Of a stretch of 64,000 bases of DNA, positions 19,692 to 29,871 are shown in pieces; position 1 is the stretch's first letter, and each line of letters begins with the position of its first letter. The stretch is from positions 756,105 through 820,104 of the forward strand of contig CAVVQC010000005.1 of the NCBI GenBank assembly GCA_963750275.1, in the 5' to 3' direction. A program made the translations under genes and the position numbers. Under the pieces are notes generated by a model. That model saw only the letters and a list, made by a program, of their open reading frames with translations, searched no databases and had not been told where the DNA came from. Origin of the DNA: an uncultured Chloroflexia bacterium (GTDB lineage Bacteria > Chloroflexota > Chloroflexia > Thermomicrobiales > UBA6265).

Positions 19692-20981
19692 CTATCCGAT
19701 CTCCGCCTCCAGGTCGGCGATCATCTGGTCGACCGCTTCTTCCGGCGTGGCCTGACCAGTGAGCACTTGCTGGAAGTTCGGCAGCACGGACGTACTCGCC
19801 CAACCAGGAGCGCCCACGAAGCTCAACGGACCCACCCCAATCGGAATCGCCTCGATCGCGGCGGCATAGATCGGCTCGTCGGTGATGCGCGGATCCGCAG
19901 CGGCCTCTGAGGAAGCCGGGAAATACCCGGTCGCCTGGAGAAGCGCCACGGCTGCATCGGGCGAGGCCCATTCCGTGAGCCAGGCCCACGAGGTATCCCC
20001 GTTGTCTTCTTTGCACATGCCGTTATAAAGCGGGGCAACGCCCTGCACCCGCATTGCTGGTCCGGCCGGCACCATCACGGTCCCGAACTCCACGTTCGGC
20101 TCCAGGTCAGCGGAAATCTCGGCCAGCGAGCCGGTATGGTGCAGCACCATCGCCGTTTGCCCAGTGCGGAACGCCTGCATGATCTGTGAATAGCTGTCGT
20201 TCGGGGCACTTGGCGGTACCACCTTGTCGGTCGTGAACAGCCCGGCGTAGAAGGCAATCGCCTCGATCGCCTTTTCCCGGTCGATAACCGGCACACCGTT
20301 CTCGTCCGCGGAGAGCCCGCCCCAGGCACGCATGATATTCTGCACCGCTCCCTGGCCGCCATCGCCGCCGCGCAAGCCGAAGCCATAGCGGTCGTTCTCA
20401 GCATCGGTTAGCGCAATCGCCACCTCGCGCAGTTCGTCCCACGTCGTTGGTGGTTCGAGCCCAGCTTCGTCGAACCAGTCTTTCCGGTAGTACAACCAAT
20501 CGACGAACAGGAAGGCAGGGATACCGTAGATCTGCCCGTCGATGGTGGCACTCTCCATCAGGTTAGGTTCGATCCCCGCGCTCCCCTCCCAGGCGTTGTA
20601 CCGCTCGGTCAAATCGACCAGCCCGCCCAACGCCAGCATGTCCGGAATGCGGTCCGCCGCCGCCATCGTGGTATTGGGAAGCGAGCCGCCTACCGCGGCG
20701 GTCGTGAACTGGGTCATGAAATCGGCGTTCGGGATGTTTTCGGAAATCACGACCGCGCCAGGATGCTCCTCCTCGAACACAGTCGTGATGTTTTCCAGAC
20801 CGACCATTTCCGATTCGCTGGTGAAGTGATGCCAGTAGGTGACATCGCCACTAATCTCCGCGTCCTGCGCCATCGCCGGGAAGCGAGCGAGTCCGACGCC
20901 GGCCGCCGCGCCCATCGAAGCGCCGAGCAACGTCCGGCGGTTGATGTGCAGATTGTCGAGTTGTGGTTTCGATCGGTTCAT
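19692..20981 (-). CDS. ABC transporter substrate-binding protein (sugar/CUT1-type), Tat-type signal
   Basis: The N-terminus is MNRSKPQLDNLHINRRTLLGASMGAAAGVGLARFPAMA. Family-1 solute-binding features are present and it sits next to two MalF/MalG-type permeases. Confidence 0.85.
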   Translation of the reverse strand: MNRSKPQLDNLHINRRTLLGASMGAAAGVGLARFPAMAQDAEISGDVTYWHHFTSESEMVGLENITTVFEEEHPGAVVISENIPNADFMTQFTTAAVGGSLPNTTMAAADRIPDMLALGGLVDLTERYNAWEGSAGIEPNLMESATIDGQIYGIPAFLFVDWLYYRKDWFDEAGLEPPTTWDELREVAIALTDAENDRYGFGLRGGDGGQGAVQNIMRAWGGLSADENGVPVIDREKAIEAIAFYAGLFTTDKVVPPSAPNDSYSQIMQAFRTGQTAMVLHHTGSLAEISADLEPNVEFGTVMVPAGPAMRVQGVAPLYNGMCKEDNGDTSWAWLTEWASPDAAVALLQATGYFPASSEAAADPRITDEPIYAAAIEAIPIGVGPLSFVGAPGWASTSVLPNFQQVLTGQATPEEAVDQMIADLEAEIG

Positions 20982-21042
20982 GATGCGCGTTCTCCTTTGA
21001 ATCGAGCGTCTGACGATCTGTCATGGTGCTCCGTTGGTGTTG

Positions 21043-21960
21043 CTACCCTTTCACACCTCCTGCCATCAAGCCACTGACCAGCGCCCGCTGAACAATGGCG
21101 AAGCCGATAATGATCGGAATGATGCTAATGATTCCGCTGGCGCTCAACACGCCCCACGGCATTTGGAATTCACCCACCATCAACTGCAATCCAACCGGCC
21201 AGGTGCGGGCGCCATTGGCGGTTGTGAGCAGCAGCGCCCAGACATATTCATTCCAGGCGCCGATAGCGATGAACACAGTAGTTGCGGCAATGCCCTGCCG
21301 GGCCAACGGCAGCACGATGCGGATGAGCGCCCCCAACCGGGTCGAGCCGTCGACACGTGAAGCCTCTTCCAGATCGGGCGGGATGCCATCGAAAAATCCC
21401 TTCAACATCCAGACACACAACGGCAGCAGGAAGGTCGTATAGGTCAGGGCCAGACCGAAGTGGCTGTCGAACAGTCCAAGATTACGGAGCATGATGAACA
21501 AGGGAATCAGCAGCAAGGTGAACGGAAACATCCGGATGACCAGATAAAAGATCATCAACCCTCCGCGACCCCGGAAGCGATAGCGCGAGATGCTGTAGGC
21601 AGCGATCGTCCCGATAACGACCGACATCAGCACCGTCATACCGGTCACGATGGCGCTATTTTTCAGGAGTCGCGGGTACCCTGATCGCTGCCAGAGGGTG
21701 ACGTAATTGTCGAAGTTGAGCGAATGCGGCAGCCAGGTGAAATCGCGCGAGACGATCTCGTTCTCGGTCTTGAACGAGGTCAGTACCGTCCAGACGATCG
21801 GCCCGATCGCGAACAGCACCACGATGATCACCACGACTGCCGCCATGACATCGAAGAAGTGCCGTGTCCGCCGCAATGAGGCAAACGGCAACCAGGATCT
21901 GGCCGGCTCTGCCGCTGCCACATGGGAAAAGGGACCACTTTGCTCTGCGACCACGCTCAT
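21043..21960 (-). CDS. carbohydrate ABC transporter permease (MalG-like)
   Basis: It has 6 TM helices and the EAA-loop block EEASRVDGSTRLGALIRIVLPLA. Confidence 0.85.
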   Translation of the reverse strand: MSVVAEQSGPFSHVAAAEPARSWLPFASLRRTRHFFDVMAAVVVIIVVLFAIGPIVWTVLTSFKTENEIVSRDFTWLPHSLNFDNYVTLWQRSGYPRLLKNSAIVTGMTVLMSVVIGTIAAYSISRYRFRGRGGLMIFYLVIRMFPFTLLLIPLFIMLRNLGLFDSHFGLALTYTTFLLPLCVWMLKGFFDGIPPDLEEASRVDGSTRLGALIRIVLPLARQGIAATTVFIAIGAWNEYVWALLLTTANGARTWPVGLQLMVGEFQMPWGVLSASGIISIIPIIIGFAIVQRALVSGLMAGGVKG

Positions 21961-21965
21961 CGGGC

Positions 21966-22925
21966 CTACTCCCTGGTCACGCCCGAGGCGCGCACATAGA
22001 CAACAGTGAACGCCATCAGGCAGAAGAGCGCCAGCACGGAAAGCGCTGCCGCATAGCCAAAGTCAAAACGTAAATACGCGGTCTGGAACCCATACAACGC
22101 TAATGTTTGCGTAGCGTTTCCCGGACCGCCCCCCGTGAGCACCAGCAGAATGTCGGGCGAATTGAAAAGTCCGATGACGCGCAGGATCGTGGCACCCACG
22201 ATCACCGGCATTAGCATCGGAATCGTGATATCCCGGAAGCGTTGCAGTGTGCCGCTCCCGTCGACACTCGACGCCTCGTAATACTCACTTGGAATCGCAT
22301 ACAACCCAGCCAGGAAGAAGAGTGTGAAAAAGGCGAAGTTCTTCCAGAGCTCGACCGCCAGCACCTCGTAGAGTGCGGTATTGGGATTGATGAACCAGGC
22401 GTGTCCACGCTCCACCAGGCCGATACTGCCCAAAATCTCATTGACTACGCCGAGACGGGAATCGAGCATCAGGCGCCACATGTTGGCCGAGACCACCGAC
22501 GGCAGCAACCAGGGAATGAGCACCAGCACCGCGGCAATGCGGAACCCCTTCAGCGACCGGTGCAACGCCAGCGCGGTGATCATGCCGAGAATGAACTGGC
22601 TGATCGATCCAACCGTCACCCAGATCAAGGTGTTTTTCAACGCGATCCGAATCGTCTTGTCATCCAGCATGTCGCGATAGTGCTCGAGTCCGATCCAGGG
22701 GGTGCCCAGCGCCGGGCGGTTGAGCCGGTATTCACGGAAGCTGAGCAAAACTCCGCTAATGACCGGATAGACCACCACAGCGGCAACCAGGATCAGACTC
22801 GGAATCAACAGCATGTAGGCCCAGTACTTCCCCTCGATCAATCGGACCACGCGGTTGGAAGACGTGGGCTTGTCGCGGGTCTGCTCGGTGGCGCGCACCT
22901 GCTGGGTCGATGCCTGTTCGCTCAT
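21966..22925 (-). CDS. sugar ABC transporter permease (MalF-like)
   Basis: It has TM helices and the EAA loop YEASSVDGSGTLQRFRDITIPML. Confidence 0.85.
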   Translation of the reverse strand: MSEQASTQQVRATEQTRDKPTSSNRVVRLIEGKYWAYMLLIPSLILVAAVVVYPVISGVLLSFREYRLNRPALGTPWIGLEHYRDMLDDKTIRIALKNTLIWVTVGSISQFILGMITALALHRSLKGFRIAAVLVLIPWLLPSVVSANMWRLMLDSRLGVVNEILGSIGLVERGHAWFINPNTALYEVLAVELWKNFAFFTLFFLAGLYAIPSEYYEASSVDGSGTLQRFRDITIPMLMPVIVGATILRVIGLFNSPDILLVLTGGGPGNATQTLALYGFQTAYLRFDFGYAAALSVLALFCLMAFTVVYVRASGVTRE

Positions 22926-23746
22926 GCCGTTGCTGCTCCTGCCACGGCATCGACAGGCGATAACCCGGGAAATCGCTCGGTCACGGCATTCGCGGTGTAG
23001 CGGATGTGTTCGGCCATTTCACGCGCGGCTGCGTCTGGATCGCGCGCAGCGATCGCCTCGGCAATGGCGCGGTGATGCTGAATAGCCGAGCGTACCGAAC
23101 CGATCCGATCGGAAATCAGCGGCACGATATCTTGTTGCATCTGCCGCGCGGTTGCGACGGCAACTTCGAAGTAAGGATTTCCGCTTGCGCGCGCAATTGC
23201 GGCGTGAAAGGCGTTGTCATAGGCGCTGAAGGCATCCAGCTCGCTTGCTTCAACCGCGAGCGTGGTGGCCTCGGACGCCGCGACGATATCGGCAAGCTGG
23301 CGCTCGCTGCGGCGCACTGCGGCCAGCGCGGCCGATTCCACTTCCAACGTGCGCCGGAACTCGAAAAGCCGCTCGACCGATTCCGCATCGGGAGAAACCG
23401 AAAGGGTGAAAGCGCGCGTAACGGTTGGCACCGTATTGAGGACGTAGATACCGCTCCCCTGGCGCGCCTCGACCAGGCCCAACGCTCCCAGCACTTTGAT
23501 CGCTTCGCGGATGACGCCGCGGCTCACTTCGAAGGCTGTGCTGAGCTCGCGCTCGGTTGGCAACCGGTCCCCTTCCCCGATCTGCCCCGTTTGGATCGAC
23601 GCGGCAATCTGCCGCACCACGCCCTCGTAGGATCGAGTCACGGTGATCGCGTGATAGGGCGGTCCGCCACCCGGCGAACCGCCGGATGCCGGCGTCGTCT
23701 CTACCCAGCCGGCATCGCCACTTCTGCTGGCATTCGTCGTCGACAT
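22922..23746 (-). CDS. GntR-family (FadR/FCD subfamily) transcriptional regulator
   Basis: HTH: LPTERELSTAFEVSRGVIREAIKVLGALGLVEARQGSGIYV. This is followed by an all-helical FCD-like domain. It overlaps the permease start by 4 nt. Confidence 0.85.
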   Translation of the reverse strand: MSTTNASRSGDAGWVETTPASGGSPGGGPPYHAITVTRSYEGVVRQIAASIQTGQIGEGDRLPTERELSTAFEVSRGVIREAIKVLGALGLVEARQGSGIYVLNTVPTVTRAFTLSVSPDAESVERLFEFRRTLEVESAALAAVRRSERQLADIVAASEATTLAVEASELDAFSAYDNAFHAAIARASGNPYFEVAVATARQMQQDIVPLISDRIGSVRSAIQHHRAIAEAIAARDPDAAAREMAEHIRYTANAVTERFPGLSPVDAVAGAATA

Positions 23747-23912
23747 GCCACCCCTCGGAGTCAGCTACCAAATCATCTGATTGTCGGACCAATTCCTTCA
23801 GATGGTAGTCAGCGGGTCACGAATTGTCAATTCATGCACCATTTTGTATCTAGCCCACATGGTTGTCACGAGTGAGCCTCCACACAAGAACGCTTCTGGC
23901 GATATGCGCACG

Positions 23913-25307
23913 CTAGCTCTGGCGTTGATACCGCTGCATCAGGGGGGTGACCGAGATTCCATGCACCACGATCGAAACGATGATGGCCGCCAGCACAACA
24001 TCTCCCAGCCGATTCGCATCGGTTTCGTCGATCCCATGGGCAATGGCATACGCAAGGTAATAGATCGAGCCTATGCCTCGAATGCCAAACCAGGACAGCA
24101 ACCGGCGTTGGGTTCGGGGAACCGGCATCCCGACGAGACCGCCCGCGACAGCTAACGGGCGAATGACCAGCATGAGCACCACAACGAAACCAAGGATGAC
24201 GATATCCAACGATCCCGACGTCACCAGCGCCCCGATAAGAATGACAACCGCGACCTCAGCAATGCGCTCGAGCCGCTCGTTGAAACCGAGTACCGCCTCC
24301 GCCATATAAGCGGGCGCTGATTCGGGGCGTATCGCTGCCTCCTCGCCCAGCTCGGTCTCGAGCTCCAGATGGGACGGCGCCTTGGCATCATCCTGGGGAG
24401 CGTTGCGTCGCTCGATCGCCCGGATAGCAAGTCCCGCGGCGAACACCGCAAGAAAGCCATAGGTATGCAGCAGCAATGCGATCCCATACGACAGCGCTAT
24501 CAACCCGAGGGAAAGAAAGTCGTCCAGGCCATGCGCTTCCTGGTAACGCACCCGGAGGCGGAGCATCAGGGAGCCAACTGCCCAGCCGCAGAGCACCCCA
24601 ACGGCCAGCCCTCCAACCATCGCCCAAAGCAGATCGATCGCCACCCAGCGCAGACCGTCGGGACCAAGCTCATGCAATCCGAGCAACCCGAGCCCGAGCA
24701 TCACAAATGGAAAGGCAGTACCGTCGTTGAATCCCGCTTCGCCGGTCAGGCTGAACCGAAGCCGATCGCGGTCATTGGGATCGGTGACCTGAACTTCGGA
24801 GGCGAGAACCGGATCGGTCGGCGCCAGAATGGCTCCCAGGAGCAACGCTGCGCCGAACGAAAGGCCGAGCCCTACGACACCCGCCACCGTTACCAACCCG
24901 ATGGAAATGATCATGGAAAGTGAAGCAAGCCGGATCGGCACACGCCAGATCGGATTACGCCACTCGACGCGCATCTTGAGACCCGCGGTAAACAGCGAAA
25001 CGATGACCGCCACCTCGGTCACCCGTTCGATCAGACCCGCATTGCCCACCAGATCGACATCGAGTAGCCCGATAAACGACGGGCCGAACAGCATGCCAAT
25101 GACCAGATAGATCATCGCGGTGGAGACGGGCAAGCGCTTCAGCACCGACCCAGCCAGCGCCATGCTCAGGAAGAGCACCCCCGCGATGATGTAAATCCAG
25201 ATGAATTCCAAAGGCGTCGAACCTCTTCCTTGGCTGCGTGAAACGCCGCGAGGTGAGGAGATACGGCGAGGTTGCTCAAGCGACTGCCCACGTACCGCTC
25301 TCTCCAA
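23913..25307 (-). CDS. cation:proton antiporter (Na+/H+ exchanger family)
   Basis: The protein is polytopic (IYIIAGVLFLSMALAG.., LGAILAPTDPVLA, FNDGTAFPF). The likely real start is TTG 25211 (GGAAGAGG RBS 9 nt upstream) rather than ATG 25307. Confidence 0.8.
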   Translation of the reverse strand: MERAVRGQSLEQPRRISSPRGVSRSQGRGSTPLEFIWIYIIAGVLFLSMALAGSVLKRLPVSTAMIYLVIGMLFGPSFIGLLDVDLVGNAGLIERVTEVAVIVSLFTAGLKMRVEWRNPIWRVPIRLASLSMIISIGLVTVAGVVGLGLSFGAALLLGAILAPTDPVLASEVQVTDPNDRDRLRFSLTGEAGFNDGTAFPFVMLGLGLLGLHELGPDGLRWVAIDLLWAMVGGLAVGVLCGWAVGSLMLRLRVRYQEAHGLDDFLSLGLIALSYGIALLLHTYGFLAVFAAGLAIRAIERRNAPQDDAKAPSHLELETELGEEAAIRPESAPAYMAEAVLGFNERLERIAEVAVVILIGALVTSGSLDIVILGFVVVLMLVIRPLAVAGGLVGMPVPRTQRRLLSWFGIRGIGSIYYLAYAIAHGIDETDANRLGDVVLAAIIVSIVVHGISVTPLMQRYQRQS

Positions 25308-25426
25308 AAAGAAGAAGCGGCTTCAGCTTGTGGGGAGAAGCCCTCCAGCAAACGCTACCCTAATTAGCCGGGAACGTCCGTTTCTACGCTCTGGCCGAAC
25401 ACGTTGAAAGAGGATTCTGTTCGAAG

Positions 25427-27370
25427 CTACGCGAAGGTTCGCCCCTGAATGACCGGCGCCCAATCCTCCCGTTTCGACCACGGGGTTTCATAGCTGGGAT
25501 CGTTGACGAACCGGGTCACATCGAGCCGCAACCGCGCGACCGCTCCGGCATCCAACCTGACCTCGAACCATTCCGACCCAATCTTGCACGAAGCCAGCTC
25601 ATTGCCGGATTCGTCCACCAGCGTCGCGCTCTCGAACCGATGCTCGCGGAACGATCCCGCCTGCAGCACGACATTCCTATCCGTGTCGCTCGTATTCATC
25701 AGCGTCACCGAAACCCGCTCGCCGGTCACGTTGTCCACCAACGCTGCCACGCCCGCCGGCAATCCCGGCCGTTGCGCGTCGGCATCGAAATACCGCACTG
25801 CCGCATATTGCAGGCCACCGTGCGTGATATGCATCGGTGCGCCCCACATGAGTTGCACCAGCGATTCGAAATAGACCGGGCAGAACTCCTGCCAGAGATG
25901 GATGTTGTAGCCATCCACCTGGGCATCGACCGTATCGAGATAACCGTCGATGTGCTGGATGTGATCCCAGTTGTTCGGATCACCTTCATACGAACGCAGT
26001 CGCCGCAATTGCTGGTCGATCAACGCGTGATTCATCTCCAGCATCCGTTCCGGATAGCCAGGATTCCGACCCACGATGAACTCGTACCAGGGGATGGTGT
26101 TGGCATTGAAATGCTTGGTGCTGAAGGGACGATCCGGCAATGTGATCTCCGCCCACTCGAACGTGCGCGGCACCCGCTCGATCCGCTCGCGGTCTTCCTC
26201 GGCATAGCTGCGCGACCAGAGATGGATCGCGTAGAGCGGATGCATCGGGCGATACGCAGTCCAGCCGGCATCGAAATGCTTGTACGGCACCTGCCAGATC
26301 CCGTCGATCTCTTTCCCGAGCGCGTAGTTCACATCGATCTGCTGCCGGGGGAGCGCAAGCTGATCGGGATCGCCCGTCATCAGCAAGGCGTTGTGCGCGG
26401 CATTCAGGCTCGGCTCGATGATCGTATGGAACCCATGAGGCCAGCGCCAACCGTAGTGCCCACCCCACCACTTGCCGTCCAGATACTCCCCGACGATGCC
26501 ACTCAACCCGACATTGTCCGGCAAGATGCCATCATTCGCGTCCGCGCGCGCTTTCCAGGTGGCCAGATAGTCGATCACCCATTGCTTGAACGCATCATCC
26601 CCGGAGTAGAGATAGGCATGGGTGATCTGACCGGTGGCATTGAGGTTGAGCGGAATATCGCCCCGATTCAACCGCTCGTTCATTTTGGCGATGACTTCTT
26701 CGTAGACCGCATCGTCCCGCCAGTCGCACTTGAGCAGCGCGAAATCGACGCTTTCCATATCCTCGAAGGGAGCGAGATAGTCGGTCAGCACCCCGCGGTG
26801 CGTCGACCAATCCTCAGCAGTCGCCACATGCAATGGACCGTTGCTCCCCGTCATCGGGGCCTTGATCAGATGCAGCTCTGGGTCGTAATTTGGCGCGAGT
26901 GGGTCGGTGCCGTCATACATATGGGCAAAGCGAAGGGCACGCTGGCGATCGACCAGCGAATCGGGTTTGGTGAGTCCGAAGAAGTAGTGAAACAAACTCG
27001 CTTCACCGTGGTGCATCCAGTCGTAATGCCGCGGGAATTCGCGATCGAGCTGCCCGTACTGGGTCCATTGCCAGGTGATCGCATCCCACATCTTGCGCGC
27101 AAGCTGGTAGACCGCATCGCTGCCGCCAATGCTGTAGAACAACGCAAGATACTGGAACGCCTCATAGGGATCATCGGAGCCATCGATCCCCGGCCAGCGG
27201 TCACGCCAAATCAGCGAGCCATCATCGCGAGTGTACCGAGCGACAAACTCATGCGCCCCGGCTTCGAGCCGATCCATCAGCTCGATCTCGCGCACTGCCC
27301 AGCGGGGGGGATCGATCGTTTCCGAAGCGTGCAGCCGCACGCGTTGCGCCGAATCAGGCATCGTTGCCAT
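25427..27370 (-). CDS. conserved hypothetical protein, 647 aa, cytoplasmic, function unknown
   Basis: This is a long uninterrupted ORF with a strong coding look. No signal peptide or TM helix is present and I recognise no motif. Confidence 0.6.
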   Translation of the reverse strand: MATMPDSAQRVRLHASETIDPPRWAVREIELMDRLEAGAHEFVARYTRDDGSLIWRDRWPGIDGSDDPYEAFQYLALFYSIGGSDAVYQLARKMWDAITWQWTQYGQLDREFPRHYDWMHHGEASLFHYFFGLTKPDSLVDRQRALRFAHMYDGTDPLAPNYDPELHLIKAPMTGSNGPLHVATAEDWSTHRGVLTDYLAPFEDMESVDFALLKCDWRDDAVYEEVIAKMNERLNRGDIPLNLNATGQITHAYLYSGDDAFKQWVIDYLATWKARADANDGILPDNVGLSGIVGEYLDGKWWGGHYGWRWPHGFHTIIEPSLNAAHNALLMTGDPDQLALPRQQIDVNYALGKEIDGIWQVPYKHFDAGWTAYRPMHPLYAIHLWSRSYAEEDRERIERVPRTFEWAEITLPDRPFSTKHFNANTIPWYEFIVGRNPGYPERMLEMNHALIDQQLRRLRSYEGDPNNWDHIQHIDGYLDTVDAQVDGYNIHLWQEFCPVYFESLVQLMWGAPMHITHGGLQYAAVRYFDADAQRPGLPAGVAALVDNVTGERVSVTLMNTSDTDRNVVLQAGSFREHRFESATLVDESGNELASCKIGSEWFEVRLDAGAVARLRLDVTRFVNDPSYETPWSKREDWAPVIQGRTFA

Positions 27371-27549
27371 CCCTTCTGAGCTCGATTCCCACCACCGCCG
27401 ATCGCTCCCTGGATCAGCGATTCTCTCGACTGGTCAGGTTGTCTGACAAATCATCGGCAGCCTACCGAGGGTACGAAGGGTTGTCAAGACGGATCGGTCG
27501 CCACCTGCAAATCGATCTGACTGATAAGCCCTGAGAGACGCTGCATGCA

Positions 27550-27577
27550 ACGAGCCGGGCGTTTCCGCCCGGCTCGT
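27550..27577 (-). terminator. hairpin terminator downstream of the copZ-like gene
   Basis: ACGAGCCGGGCG-tttc-CGCCCGGCTCGT forms a perfect 12-bp GC-rich stem 28 nt after the stop at 27605. The U-tract is weak. Confidence 0.6.
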
Positions 27578-27604
27578 CGCTGTTGTGCGCTGATTGGCTG
27601 CGGA

Positions 27605-27859
27605 TTACAGCGTGATCGCCGCTTTCGGCGCGTCTTCCGACACTTCCTTGGCTGGATAGCCAGCCGCCCACAGCACCGACTTGATCGACTCGAGCGACAC
27701 CTGATCCGGGTCGTACTCGACTTCGACCAGCTTGGTCTGCGGCGATGCGGTCACCGAGCCGATTCCCGGGAACTTGCCGAGGTCGGTAGTGATGTGCTGC
27801 TGGCAATGCCCGCAATTGATATCCGGCGCGAACAACGTCGCCTTCTGCTTATCGGCCAT
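27605..27859 (-). CDS. heavy-metal-associated (HMA) domain protein, CopZ-like copper chaperone
   Basis: The protein is 84 aa with the metal-binding CxxC in DINCGHCQQHI and a betaalphabetabetaalphabeta-length domain. A GAGGAG RBS lies 8 nt upstream of ATG 27859. Confidence 0.8.
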   Translation of the reverse strand: MADKQKATLFAPDINCGHCQQHITTDLGKFPGIGSVTASPQTKLVEVEYDPDQVSLESIKSVLWAAGYPAKEVSEDAPKAAITL

Positions 27860-27905
27860 CTCAATGACTCCTCAGGTATGCAACGAACGAAACGTCATTC
27901 TCCCG

Positions 27906-27925
27906 ATTATACCCCCTCCGGGTAT
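27906..27925 (-). promoter_or_regulatory. CsoR-type operator (ATACCC-N5-GGGTAT) overlapping the -10 box of the copZ-like promoter
   Basis: The minus strand reads CATACCCGGAGGGGGTATAATCGGG. The palindrome is at 27909-27925 and TATAAT at 27906-27911. A possible -35 TAGACC lies 17 nt upstream, ~50 nt before the start codon. Confidence 0.55.
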
Positions 27926-28154
27926 GCCGGTCTAGCACCAGGACAGGATAATACCCGCCGCTCATTATAAAATCACCGCTGCTCTGGATCGTACCAGGAA
28001 GACGACACCGCATTCAGAACCCTCACCGCCATGAGCTCACCGGTGAATCCGAAACGCAAGTTCGCGACGTGCCTTCGTCCAGGAGACAGAGCCTCGATGT
28101 AAGAAATCCCTCCCCGTCTCGTCTCCCATCGTAACCAGGAGCGACCTTTCGCTC

Positions 28155-28808
28155 GTGACATCGATACGGAGGGATCCCATGCGAGTAGCTTTCCATCGCT
28201 CGTCCATCGGTTTGGTGCTTATTCTCTCGTTGTTCATGCTGCAGTCGGGACTTGCCGGCACCAGCGCCCAGGACACCCCATCGCAAATAGGACCCATCAC
28301 ACCCCAGGGGTCCTCATGCACAGTCGAGCCACGCACCACCGAGGAGTTGATCGCGCTTTTTGCAACGGCCAGTCCGTCTGACCCGGTCGCCATGCCCACG
28401 ACCGCGACCATCGTCATTGGTGAACAGGCCGATCCTGTTTCATCCCAGCACGTCACCGCCACCATCCATCAGGCATTTGCCTGCCTGAACGCCGGCGACT
28501 TCGGGCGCTTCTTCAGCCTCCTGACCGATAGGGGCATCGTCACGATCTTCTCCTGGATGGGCGAGGTGCTGGCGGACGAAGCATCTGCCGAGGAGGCCAT
28601 GACCCCCAATCCACCCGAAGCGGAATATCAGCAAACCATCCTCGGTATCGGAAGCATTACGCAACTTCCCGACGGCAGATATTCGGCGGTCGTCGTCTCA
28701 CTAGATCCCAGCGGAGGCGACGCTCCCTTCGCGCTCTATCTCTTGCTTACTGAGCAAGACGGAATATGGCTCATCGACGAGGCGGTCGACTTCGAAATGG
28801 AGGCCTGA
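28155..28808 (+). CDS. secreted hypothetical protein (NTF2/SnoaL-like fold suspected)
   Basis: Signal peptide: MRVAFHRSSIGLVLILSLFMLQSGLAGTSAQ (probable start ATG 28179). The block ATIHQAFACLNAGDFGRFFSLLTDRG resembles NTF2-like proteins. Confidence 0.5.
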   Translation: MTSIRRDPMRVAFHRSSIGLVLILSLFMLQSGLAGTSAQDTPSQIGPITPQGSSCTVEPRTTEELIALFATASPSDPVAMPTTATIVIGEQADPVSSQHVTATIHQAFACLNAGDFGRFFSLLTDRGIVTIFSWMGEVLADEASAEEAMTPNPPEAEYQQTILGIGSITQLPDGRYSAVVVSLDPSGGDAPFALYLLLTEQDGIWLIDEAVDFEMEA

Positions 28809-28821
28809 CTATCTCGATTCG

Positions 28822-28857
28822 TCAGGCGATGACGGGCAGCGACCCGGCATCGCCTGA
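28822..28857. terminator. hairpin between convergent genes
   Basis: TCAGGCGATG-aCGGGcagcgaCCCGg-CATCGCCTGA forms a 10-bp outer stem plus a 4-bp inner stem. It lies between the stop at 28808 (+) and the stop at 28866 (-). Confidence 0.5.
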
Positions 28858-28865
28858 TGCACTTC

Positions 28866-29616
28866 TTAGTACATCGCCCAGCCGCCATCGACGTTCAACG
28901 TCTGTCCGGTGATGAACGACGCTTCTTCCGACGCGAAGAAAACCGCCGCCGCGGCGATATCGGACGGGAGTCCACGCCGTTTGATCGACTGCTGCTCATC
29001 GAGGCGAGCCTTCAGCGCCTCCTGATCGGGATGCACGTGCAATTCACTTTCGACGTGAATCGCTCCCGGCGTGATGCAGTTCACCGTAATCCCATCCACG
29101 CCAATTTCCCGCGCCAGCGTACGGGTGAACCCGATCATGCCGCCCTTGGACGAGACGTAGTGCAAAAGATTCTTCATGCCGAGATGAAAGGTCACCGAGG
29201 AGATGTTGATGATGCGGCCCCACCCCGCCTCCTGCATCGCGGGATACGTGGCACGCAGCATGAGATAGCAACTTTTCAAATTCACATCCATCACCCGATC
29301 CCAATCCTCTTCAGTGATGGCCTGCCAGGGGCGATGGGTATCGGTCAATCCAGCGTTATTGACCACGATGGAGATCGGTCCCAGTGCTTCCGACACCTGC
29401 TCGACCATCCGGTCGACATCGGCCGCCTTGGACACATCCGCCTGCACCGGAATGGCGCGCCCTCCCGCCGCCACGATCCGCGCCACCACTGCGTCGGCTT
29501 CCTTTTCCCGGTGGAGTAATTCACGCCGACCTTTGCACCTTTCGCCGCCAGCGCCTCAGCAATCCCGGCGCCAATCCCGCGGGACGCCCCGGTTACCAAC
29601 GCCACTTTTCCTGAAA
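28866..29616 (-). pseudogene. short-chain dehydrogenase/reductase (FabG-like SDR), one frameshift as assembled
   Basis: The N-part is in ORF 29345..29866: (TTG 29616, AGGAGG RBS) [41 protein letters not shown]. The remainder is in ORF 28866..29489: [20 protein letters not shown].., NNAG, YVSSKGG, TLNVDGG. The junction needs +1 nt in gggaaaagg (29501-29509). Confidence 0.85.
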
Positions 29617-29710
29617 GATCGGTCAATGGAATCCTCCTGATCGCAACCGGCGCCCGTTCCAGATCGCCCCGTGCTACCCCGGAACCAGCCCCACATTTCG
29701 CCAATTCCTT

Positions 29711-29740
29711 GTCATTTTGAGCGAACGCGAAGAATCTCGC
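29711..29740 (+). repeat. dispersed ~30-nt repeat, copy 1
   Basis: The sequence is GTCATTTTGAGCGAACGCGAAGAATCTCGC in the divergent SDR/LAL intergenic region. It is ~85% identical over ~40 nt to the copy at 62168, including the ccttGTCATT flank. Confidence 0.7.
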
Positions 29741-29871
29741 TTCGTCTACGCTCGAAGCGCCTCGAGCTATGCTCACGACCCCAGTCCTCTGTAACTCCGA
29801 AACCGGTACGATACCTGTGCAAGGCACTCCGCCAAACGGCATCGACACCAGCCTGCCGGGGATCACACGCC

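Noticed and set aside
25640-27379. 579-aa plus-strand ORF
   Set aside because: It is antisense to the 647-aa minus-strand gene, which has the far more protein-like sequence. Shadow ORF.
27973-28286. Small minus-strand ORFs upstream of the copZ-like promoter, considered as a possible csoR
   Set aside because: The translations lack the CsoR C-H-C ligand pattern and helical-bundle character, and they overlap the start of the plus-strand secreted-protein gene.
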